DNA from: Lentisphaeria bacterium
Lineage (GTDB): Bacteria > Verrucomicrobiota > Lentisphaeria > JABSQK01 > CAJWLW01
DNA length: 49,699 nucleotides
NCBI GenBank assembly: GCA_963580095.1
Contig: CAUZJQ010000003.1
Coordinates: forward strand, 1-49,699
Reading direction: 5' to 3'
A program made the translations under genes and the position numbers. This document shows positions 19,519-27,869 of this stretch, one piece after another (within the stretch, counting starts at the first letter, position 1; every line of letters begins with the position of its first letter). Under the pieces are notes generated by a model. The model did no database searches, was not told the DNA's origin, and was given only the letters and a program-made list of their open reading frames with translations.

Positions 19519-22500
19519 TTACTGTTGTTGCAGGCGTCCGCGCAGGTGTTCGGCCAACTGGACATTTCCCTCTGCGGTCGCCAGTTCGATTGCCTTCTGG
19601 TACTGGGCAATCCCGTCGTTCGGCATATTCTGGATGAAGAAGGCGTCGCCCAGATTTATCCGGGTATGGGTGCTGTTCGGTCGCAGCCCGATCGATTTTT
19701 TCAGGTGAACGATCGCGGTAGGATCACGTTTCTGGTTGAGCAAGGCCCCGAGAAGGCGCAGCCATTCGGGGTTCTCGGGTGAGAGCCGCACCGCTTCGCG
19801 AAAATGCTGGAGGGCCCGATCGAGCTGTTGCAGATAGACCAATGAATTGCCTAGCAGGGCGTGTGCGTGGGACGACTGGGGATTGATCCGAAGCGCCTCG
19901 TTGCATTGCTGTGCCGTCTGGGCAAATTGTTCGGAACGGACCAGAGCCTCCGCCAGTTCAATGCGCCACTCGTAGACGTCCGGTGCGAGCTCGACGGCTT
20001 TTCTCAGTGCCGTCGCGGCCTCCTCGTTCTTTTTCTGATACCGCAGAATAGTGGCGAGCTGTCCGTAGACACCCGCCCCGCCCCGCTGATGCTCGGCTGC
20101 ATCGCGGAGATAGAGAGCGCCATTGTCGAGAGTCCGTTGCCTATTCTCGGCAACCTCCGATCGCAGAAGGAAAAGCTGTGCCAGGTGCTCCATGCTCATA
20201 TGCTGCGGTGACTCGAGCCAGTGTGCTTCGAACGGGACGGACAGCGTTCGGCGCTGCCGTACGTCGGCGTCGAGCAGTTTGGCATCCTCGAGCAACGTGT
20301 CGACATCGACTGTTCCGCGATAAACCGCCATGATCCGCCCTTTGTCATCGATCAGGAAGCTGGTCGGCACTGCTAGTGGCACGACGCGCGCGAAGATATG
20401 GTCGTTGACTGTCTGCAGTCCGTCTATCGACGCGCTATCGATCAGACCCGCCTCGAAGGGGAACTGCAGCTTGTCGAGCAATCGCCAGACATCCGCCGTC
20501 TCGGTCTGCTTTCTTTCATCGACGCTGTCGACGCTCAGGGCGATGATGTTCAGCCCGGCATTTTTGAGCTGCTGCTGGTCCCGGGTCCACTGCATCAATT
20601 CGCGGTGGCAGGGCGCGCACCAACTGGCCCAGAGGTTGACCAGCGTCGGCCCCTTATTGTCCAGGTTCAGTAATCGTTGCGTACCTTGTCGATCCCGGTA
20701 GCTGATATGGGGCAGCAGCGGTCCGGATGCCAGAAACACACGCCCCGCGCTGGTCGCCGGCTTGCCGGCAAGGATCGTGGGCGTAAGGGGCCCCCTCCCG
20801 GGCGGGCGCGTCCACCGACGGGCTTCGCCGGTGCCCTGAGTGACATGGTACTGACGGTCGGCCTGCAGACCGGTGAACATCTCGGGTTCGCCGCCGGGCC
20901 AGTGGACAGTCACCTTCTCTATCGAGGTGCTGCTGCCCAGCCCGAAGTGCAGCCACTTGCTGGATTGGGCGAGAAATCCCTCTCCCGCGCGGAGGGTCCG
21001 GATCAAAGGTTTCGCCTCATCGCCACCCAAGTGGACCTTGACCCGGGCGCCGATGGCGTCCCGATTACACGTCTTGCCTTCCAGGCGAATCGCCAGGAAG
21101 TGGTTGCCCGTAGGCACGTCGTTGCGCATGTATCGGAGCTGCGGCGCCGTGCGATTGCGCAGCCAGAAATCGAGGTCCCCGTCGTGATCCCAGTCGACGA
21201 AGGCGGCGCCACGGCCGTCGTCTGAGAAGTCGAGGCCGCTGATCGGGGAGATGTCGGCGAATCGCCCATCCTGCATATTGAGGAAGACACAGTGCCGCTC
21301 GTAGCCACTCATCGAGCGCCCCTCCTCCTGCATGCGCACAACCTCGAAGTTGGCCGCCCTGTAGGCCTCCTGCTCTCCCGCACGACTTGGTATTTGCGAC
21401 ACGACCTGCCGCCAAAAAAAACTTCACAAATCCTTCGTGTCGGGAGCGGACAGGTTGCCGTTGGTCACCAGGATGTCGTCCCAGCCGTTGTTGTTGAGGT
21501 CGCAGAATAGAGAGGACCATGCCCACCGCCCCATCGTCACCCCCGCATCGACACTGACGTCGGTAAAGGTGCTGTCGCCGTTGTTGGCAAAAAGGGTGTT
21601 GCCGCGCGCCAGGCGTTGGAAGGATTTGCGGGCGAAAGGGGAGAGGTCGCGTGTGAATTGATCCTGTGTAACGATCCTGTTGCCGGCGTTTGAGTACATG
21701 TTGCTGACGTAAACGTCCATCAGGCCGTCGCGGTTGTAGTCGCCCCATGTAACAGACATGCCGGAGGCGATATCCTCGACATCCGCCGTCGCGGCGACAT
21801 CGACAAATGTGCCGCCGTCGTTGCGATACAGGCAGTTGCGCCCGAAATCGTTGGCCAGATAGAGGTCTTGATCGCCGTCATTGTCATAATCCTCCCAGGC
21901 AGCGGAGAAGGTGAAACGACTGTTGTTGGCATCCAGCCCGGTCTCGACAGTGACGTCGGTGAATTCGAAGTCGCCGTCGTTGCGCAGCAGGAAGTTTCTG
22001 GCGCCGTTATTGGCGTCGTAATAAGGAATCGGCAGTGCGGCGCGATCCGATTCGGCGGCGTTGCGGTTATAGCGGCCGACAAAAAGATCGAGGTCGCCGT
22101 CCTCGTCGTAGTCGGCGGCGCAAAGGGCGAAGCCCATCCCGGCGCTGGTGACGTGCGAAGCCTGCTCGAAATGTCCCGTGCCGTCATTCTCGAGGATAAC
22201 CACCCCGGCGCGCGTGCCGATCGCCAGGTCCTGGTCGCCGTCGTTGTCGAGGTCGACTAACAGAGCGGAGACGGTTGTATCGGCGAAATTGACACCTGAT
22301 TCGCTCGAGCGGTCGGTTGCGGTGGAATCCGGGTTCTGGATGAAGAGGCGATTGGGCAACCCGCCGGCCTCGCAGAGATACAGGTCGTCTAAGCCGTCGC
22401 CGTTCACGTCGCCGATTGCCAGGCCGGAGTAGCCGGCAATATGCTGGCCATGGGCCCGTTCGAGCCTGCCGATCCAATGGAACGTGCCGTGCATCAGCTG

Positions 22501-23277
22501 TTCCCGGAAAAAATCATTACCGCCGATCGCCGCCTCGGTACAGTCTGCAAACAGCGGCGTTTCGGGAGTTCGCAGAATCGTCTCCCGGTAATCGACCAGG
22601 CCGATGGTGTGCAGACGCGGTGGGTTACTGGTCTGCCAGACGCTTTCCCAGATGGATGAAACCGCCGAACCCCGGGCTCGGATCGACACATGCTGCCGCG
22701 TGGTGATCCGGTCAGGTTCCTGCTCGACCCGGAAGATCTTGATATCGACTTGCAGTTCCCCGCCCCCAGCGAATGGCTCTCGAAGCCGGCCAAGGGCTTC
22801 GGCAAGGCCGTCGACCCCATGATAGGGACCGAGGCCCTTAGCAGGATCCTGCGGATTCTCGGCGGCAAGAACCGTCAGGACCTCGTCGGCATAGCGTTCC
22901 TGCAGATTTGCGGGCCGAAGGCCGCTGCAGGAAAACTTGTTTGTCACCAGGGGCGTGAGCCGGGCCGTGTCGATGGGATTGGTCTGCTCGAGCAGACTGC
23001 CCAGTATCTTTAATTGGGCTTTTGCCGCCTTGCTAAACACCTCCGTGTGCCAGCCGTCGTCGGCGGGGTCGTCGGTGAAGAGCGAGTCGATCGGACGGCC
23101 GTCGATGGTGGCGGTGATCGTCTCGGGTTCGCTCGAGACTGTCGCCGTCACGGCTGTGGGGCTTGCGGCAGGTTCCGGATCCCGACAGCCATGGCGTAGG
23201 CTGAAAAACAGGCAGAACAGCATGATGATTGAGACTGTAATCCAGCAGCGATGTGCTCTGACCTGACAGATGATCAA
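19519..23277 (-). CDS. FG-GAP/CRTAC1 + ASPIC-UnbV + TlpA-like redoxin + TPR protein with one in-frame UGA (21424-21426); candidate selenoprotein
   Basis: Track ORFs 21424..23277 and 19519..21402 are in the same frame and join as ...DTKDL-UGA-SFFWRQVVSQIP.... D-x-D/N-x-DGDxD repeats occur on both sides of the UGA. Downstream come NRDAIGARV...LHFGLG (UnbV), WASWCAPC and TPR helices. Confidence 0.75.
21385..21423 (-). promoter_or_regulatory. Putative bacterial SECIS element
   Basis: The mRNA after UGA is AGUUUUUUUUGGCGGCAGGUCGUGUCGCAAAUACCAAGU. GCGGCA pairs with UGUCGC around a GGUCG loop, and UUG/CAA-type pairing can extend the lower stem. Confidence 0.6.
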
Positions 23278-23461
23278 AGGGTCTACTCTCGGTTATTGCG
23301 TGGGTATGCGGCTCGTCCGGAACGTGTTTACCATAGTCTTTGCAAACATTTTCGCGAATACAACCGTTTTTTTTCATCACAGTTTCAACGGCTGCTTTTC
23401 GTTGAATGAAGTTACAGTGCCGAAAAAGGATAACGAGGTCGATTAGGCGTGGTCTGTACAC

Positions 23462-23501
23462 AAAAAAAAAACCGGAGATCGTTGTGATCTCCAGGCTTTT
23501 T
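23462..23501 (-). terminator. Rho-independent terminator after collagen-stalk paralog A
   Basis: GGAGATC/GATCTCC stem flanked by an A-run and a T-run, so probably bidirectional. Homologous copies lie at 25038 and 26473. Confidence 0.75.
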
Positions 23502-23536
23502 GAGTTGTGCTGTATAAGGGCCCTTACGGAGTAGTC

Positions 23537-24628
23537 TTACTGACTGTCGTAGACTGTCTGGACCTGGTCGATGATGTATTCCATGCAGGTTGCGAAATCG
23601 CCCGGGATCGGATCGCAGATGTTGCCGCCGGCTCCGACGGTAGCGACTGTGCCGATGGCTTGGACGGTGCTCTGGAAATCAGTGACCGTGTTGGACGGAT
23701 CAGCCAGCAGCAATGCGGTGGCGAGATCGAAGGTGGAGTCGGAGAGTGTCTCACAGGTGACACACGGAGCTGCTGCGCCGGTATCGCCCAACTTACCCTG
23801 CGGACCCTGGTCGCCGACTGGACCATCCGAACCGACCTTGCCCTGCGAACCCTGCGGTCCAGGAGTCGATTCGATGCTGTCGATCTGGTCCTGTATATCG
23901 TTGAAACGATACGAGTTGAAATCGACTCCGGCCTGTTCTGGGACGAGGCTGGGTTCGGCCACGACGTAAGCACCGCCGATATCGATCGCCTCTCCGCTGG
24001 TATCGTTACTGGCCTTGCCGGCGGCGTCTACTGCAAAAACACCGCCAGTCTCCGGTTTGACATCATGTACCTTGCCTTCGCTGTTAATTCTGAAGGTCAA
24101 GTAGTTGATCTCGGGGAGTCCCGCTGGGTTACTGGATGTAGAGTGCCGATTGAGTCTTGGCCGACCGGTTTCACTCGGCCATATGCCCGTAGTGACATTA
24201 TCGCCACCAACCCATCCGTAATGTCCGGGTCCAAAAAGGCCCACGAGACTGCCGCTGTTGCCGAAGAAACCGTATTCCACAGTCGGCCCGGTGATGTTCA
24301 ACGTGCTGGTGCCTTCGCCGTTGGCGCCCCAGGGCGGTTGAATGTTCTGGACATTGCCGCTGCCGTCGACGTCAAACGTCACTGCCTCATGAAAATGAGC
24401 CCACTTTCCGACCCAATTGTATGAGCCGGTCGGTACATCTCCCGTCATCTCTGAGGCTGCATTCCAAGGAAGCCAAGCATGCCCCCCTGGCAGGGTCGTG
24501 CCGGGTTGAGCGTAACATGCCCAAGGGGTGTTGTCGGCATTTGCAGAGATCGTGACGTTGAACCCACTTGCCGGAATTGCCAAGGCCAAGGCCCCGACTG
24601 CGATGATTGCGATTAATGTTTTTTTCAT
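23537..24628 (-). CDS. Secreted protein with variable N-terminal head, coiled-coil neck, 10 Gly-X-Y collagen triplets and Cys-rich C-terminal domain (paralog A)
   Basis: Signal peptide MKKTLIAIIAVGALALAIPASG, collagen run GPQGSQGKVGSDGPVGDQGPQGKLGDTGAA, and C-terminal APCVTCETLS...ICDPIPGDFATCMEYI. Confidence 0.85.
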   Translation of the reverse strand: MKKTLIAIIAVGALALAIPASGFNVTISANADNTPWACYAQPGTTLPGGHAWLPWNAASEMTGDVPTGSYNWVGKWAHFHEAVTFDVDGSGNVQNIQPPWGANGEGTSTLNITGPTVEYGFFGNSGSLVGLFGPGHYGWVGGDNVTTGIWPSETGRPRLNRHSTSSNPAGLPEINYLTFRINSEGKVHDVKPETGGVFAVDAAGKASNDTSGEAIDIGGAYVVAEPSLVPEQAGVDFNSYRFNDIQDQIDSIESTPGPQGSQGKVGSDGPVGDQGPQGKLGDTGAAAPCVTCETLSDSTFDLATALLLADPSNTVTDFQSTVQAIGTVATVGAGGNICDPIPGDFATCMEYIIDQVQTVYDSQ

Positions 24629-24683
24629 GAGTGTCTTCCTTTTTTCTGTTTTGATGATTGGTCTATTAACTCGCTCAAGAGAC

Positions 24684-24712
24684 ATTATAGAAAAATCCTT
24701 TGCGGATTGCAA
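24684..24712 (-). promoter_or_regulatory. Sigma70-type promoter of paralog A
   Basis: TTGCAA-17 nt-TATAAT with an upstream A-tract. Conserved upstream of all three paralogs. Confidence 0.75.
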
Positions 24713-24953
24713 GTCTTTTTTTTGTCGAAATTGCGCGTAGTATTTGAGCCGCCCCGGTGGCCTTGTGCCGCTTGGGTTACTGACTCGTTTATTAGAGTGT
24801 GTTGCGCATGTTTTTTAGGATAGTTCGCTAACCGGAGGGCAAAGGAAGTACTCTCGGATAATGCGTGTTTATTCCCGTTTATCCAGGCAGGCAGGTTTTA
24901 TACTCGAGACTTGGCAAAGGTTTTAGCGTATGGAGTCGGCTCTTTTTGTCGAA

Positions 24954-25196
24954 CCTAACGACTGCTCTTCGTAAGAATGAAGGAAACTATGTCGGGAAGA
25001 GATGAAGGGGAGCGATTTGGCGTGTGTGTTCGTACGCAAAAAAAAAGCCCGGAGATCATTGTGATTTCCGGGCTTTTTGAGTTGTGCGGTATGGCGGCCC
25101 TTACTCGGCGGCCTTAGCGTCGTAGATGCCTTGGACCTGATCGTTGATGTATTCCAGACAGGTTGCGAAACCGCCCGGGATCGGATCGCAGATGTT
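24954..25196. repeat. Direct repeat copy 1 (3' end, terminator and downstream region of paralog B)
   Basis: Near-identical to 26390..26630. The 110 bp at 25087..25196 match 26521..26630 exactly. Confidence 0.9.
25038..25078 (-). terminator. Rho-independent terminator after paralog B
   Basis: A-run, then GCCCGGAGATC...GATTTCCGGGC, then TTTTT. Confidence 0.8.
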
Positions 25197-26234
25197 ACCG
25201 CCGGAACCGACGGTAGCGACTGTGGCGATCGCATCGACGGAGCTCTGGAAATCGGAGACCGTGGATGGCGCATTGCCTGCCAGGAGTGCGCAAGCGAGAT
25301 CGAAGGTGGCAACGGAGAGCGTCTCACAGTCGACACACGGAGCCGCCGCGCCTCCCGCGCCGTCTGCGCCAATCTTACCCTGGGTACCCTGGTCGCCGGC
25401 TTTGCCCTGCGGGCCCTGCGGGCCGGGAGTCAGTTGAATGTTGTCGATCGATGCCTGCAACTCGTTCTTGATCCTCAGCAAGTCACCATCGATGGGGCCC
25501 TGTTCTGCGACGAGGCTCGTATCGGTCATTACGTAACCCAAGCCGACTTCGACAGCTGATCCTGCGGTGTTAAGTTCAGCCCGGCCGGTAGCGTCTATCG
25601 AAAAGGTTCCGGAACCCGCCGGAGAAGCTGAGGAGACCGTGCCGGTCTCAGGGCTTATCGTGAAGTCGACGTAGAAGAAGTCCTTCCCTGTGGGACTTTG
25701 GGAAGGGTGCAGCCAAGTTGAGGATGCTCTGTCCTGCGGCCACAGAGCGTTAGTGGTGAACTCACCATCTCCGCACCAGCAAGGTGGCGAAACGGCACCA
25801 GGAACACCGTTTTGCGAACTATTGGTAGCAGACGTTAGAGCACCTCCAGCACCTGCGAAACCGAAAGTAACCGTAGGCGGTGTGATGTTCAAGGTGGAGG
25901 TGCCTGCGCCGTTGCCGCCCCACGACGGCTGGATGTTCTGGATCAAGCCGCTATCGTCAACGTCAAACTTCAGAGCGCCCGGGAAATGATTCCAGAATCC
26001 GCCAAACGAGTATGAACCGGTCATCATGTCGCCGGTTTTTTCGTAGCAGCCTGGCCAACAAGACCCATAATCCCAAGGCGCAAAGGGAGCAGGTGCATAG
26101 CCGCCCCGAGTGTGGTCCGAAATAATCGACGGCGCGCTAGATGACGGGGCAATGATCGTGATGTTGAAGGCACTTGCAGGGATTGCCAGAACCATGGCCC
26201 CGGCTGCGATGATTGCGGTTAATTTCTTCTTCAT
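25101..26234 (-). CDS. Secreted variable-head collagen-stalk protein (paralog B; 9 Gly-X-Y triplets)
   Basis: Signal peptide MKKKLTAIIAAGAMVLAIPASA, AAGGAG RBS, collagen run GPQGPQGKAGDQGTQGKIGADGAGGAA, and the conserved C-terminal domain. Confidence 0.85.
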   Translation of the reverse strand: MKKKLTAIIAAGAMVLAIPASAFNITIIAPSSSAPSIISDHTRGGYAPAPFAPWDYGSCWPGCYEKTGDMMTGSYSFGGFWNHFPGALKFDVDDSGLIQNIQPSWGGNGAGTSTLNITPPTVTFGFAGAGGALTSATNSSQNGVPGAVSPPCWCGDGEFTTNALWPQDRASSTWLHPSQSPTGKDFFYVDFTISPETGTVSSASPAGSGTFSIDATGRAELNTAGSAVEVGLGYVMTDTSLVAEQGPIDGDLLRIKNELQASIDNIQLTPGPQGPQGKAGDQGTQGKIGADGAGGAAAPCVDCETLSVATFDLACALLAGNAPSTVSDFQSSVDAIATVATVGSGGNICDPIPGGFATCLEYINDQVQGIYDAKAAE

Positions 26235-26321
26235 CCTGCGGATCTCCTTAATTGGCAATTTTCGTTTTTTCTGTTGATCGGCAGTTGTGAACTTCTGCGT
26301 TTTTCCGATTCAGCAGTCTTC

Positions 26322-26350
26322 AGTATAGAAAAATCCTTTGCGGTTTGCAA
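26322..26350 (-). promoter_or_regulatory. Sigma70-type promoter of paralog B
   Basis: TTGCAA-17 nt-TATACT, with a spacer nearly identical to that of paralog A. Confidence 0.75.
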
Positions 26351-26389
26351 GTTTTTTTTTGTCGAAATTGCGGTAGTATTTGAGCCGCC

Positions 26390-26630
26390 CCTAACGACTG
26401 CTCTTCGTAAGAATGAAGGAAACTATGTCGGGAGAGATGAAGGGGAGCGATTTGGCGTGTGTGTCCGTACGCAAAAAAAAGCCCGGAGTTCATTGTGATC
26501 TCCGGGCTTTTTGAGTTGTACGGTATGGCGGCCCTTACTCGGCGGCCTTAGCGTCGTAGATGCCTTGGACCTGATCGTTGATGTATTCCAGACAGGTTGC
26601 GAAACCGCCCGGGATCGGATCGCAGATGTT
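26390..26630. repeat. Direct repeat copy 2 (3' end, terminator and downstream region of paralog C)
   Basis: Near-identical to 24954..25196 and includes the terminator at 26473..26511. Confidence 0.9.
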
Positions 26631-27650
26631 GTCGCTGGAACCGACGGTCGTGACCGCGCTGATGGCTTGGACGGAACTTTGGAAGTCGGTTACCGTGGAC
26701 GGCGGATTCGCCAGCAGCAGTGCGCAGGCGAGTTCTAAGGTGGCGTCGGAGAGCGTCTCACAATCGACACACGGAGCTGCTGAGCCGGCATCGCCCTGCT
26801 TGCCCTGGGGGCCCTGGCCACCGGCTGCACCATCCGAACCGACCTTGCCCTGCGGACCCTGCGGGCCAGGAGGCGGTGAGATGTTATCGATCTTGCTCTG
26901 CAGCTCAGCGAAACGATATGAGTCGAAATCGATCGCGGCTGCATCCGAGGTGAGTTCCGGGTCGCACATGACGTAAGCCGAGCCGATAGGGATAATTGTG
27001 CCTGCGGTGTCGATTTCAGCCCGGCCGGTAGTGCCGTCTACTGTAAATACACCGTTAGTTGCCGGAAAAGGATCAACGATTTTGCCATCCGCGTTCATGC
27101 TAAACTGTAGGTACGGCACATGATCATAGCCGCCCGGTGCTGAAAGGTGCCGATAAAGTGCGGCAGGTTCGGCTAATCCAGGCCACATACCCGCTGAAGT
27201 GTGATCGCCGTCTCCGACCCAGCCGTCCATGCAAGCACCGTGTGGCCATTTGTGCACATGGCACACCAGGCCAGTTCCGGCACCTGAGAAGCCGTAAGAA
27301 ACTGAAGGCGCCTGGATGTCCAACCTGTTGGTGCCTTCGCCGGAGCCGGCCCATGCCGGTTGAATGTTCTGGAAATTCCCGCTGTCGTCAACGTCGAACG
27401 TCACTGCATTCTGAAAATGAGCCCACCTTCCGGTCCAATTGTATGAGCCGGTCGGTACATCTACCTCAACACCATTATTAGTACCCCAAGGAAGCCAAAC
27501 ATGCCCCCCTGGCAGGGTCGTGCCGGGTGCAGCGTAACATGCCCAAGGGTTGTTTGCATCATTTGCAGAGATAGTGACGTTGAACGCACTTGCGTCGATT
27601 GCCAGGACCAGGGTCACGGCTGCGATGATTGCGGTTAATTTCTTTTTCAT
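26535..27650 (-). CDS. Secreted variable-head collagen-stalk protein (paralog C; 10 Gly-X-Y triplets)
   Basis: Signal peptide MKKKLTAIIAAVTLVLAIDASA. The N-terminus resembles paralog A (PWACYAAPGTTLPGGHVWLPW) and the C-terminus is identical to paralog B. Confidence 0.85.
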   Translation of the reverse strand: MKKKLTAIIAAVTLVLAIDASAFNVTISANDANNPWACYAAPGTTLPGGHVWLPWGTNNGVEVDVPTGSYNWTGRWAHFQNAVTFDVDDSGNFQNIQPAWAGSGEGTNRLDIQAPSVSYGFSGAGTGLVCHVHKWPHGACMDGWVGDGDHTSAGMWPGLAEPAALYRHLSAPGGYDHVPYLQFSMNADGKIVDPFPATNGVFTVDGTTGRAEIDTAGTIIPIGSAYVMCDPELTSDAAAIDFDSYRFAELQSKIDNISPPPGPQGPQGKVGSDGAAGGQGPQGKQGDAGSAAPCVDCETLSDATLELACALLLANPPSTVTDFQSSVQAISAVTTVGSSDNICDPIPGGFATCLEYINDQVQGIYDAKAAE

Positions 27651-27738
27651 CCTGTGGGTCTCCTTAATTTTTAATTTCCGTTTTTTTTCTGGTGTCGGAA
27701 GTTGCGAACTTCAGCGGTTTCCCGCTTCAACTGTAATC

Positions 27739-27767
27739 AGTGTAGAAAATCCATCTGCAAATTGCAA
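27739..27767 (-). promoter_or_regulatory. Sigma70-type promoter of paralog C
   Basis: TTGCAA-17 nt-TACACT with an upstream A-tract. Confidence 0.65.
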
Positions 27768-27869
27768 GACTTTTTTTCGCATACAATTGGAGCGCATTAA
27801 TCCAATTTGTCTGCGAGGATCTCTTGACTGGCGTACTCGTGGATTTTTTTGAGGTACGCCCGGCGCGTC

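Noticed and set aside
21424-21426. Genome-wide UGA reassignment (code 4 or 25)
   Set aside because: UGA terminates several complete genes in the window (hisE, the SDR at 8852, E1 beta) and Trp is encoded by TGG.
23537-27650. Diversity-generating retroelement explanation for the variable paralogs
   Set aside because: There is no reverse transcriptase in the window. The differences inspected include indels and all base types, not adenine-specific changes.
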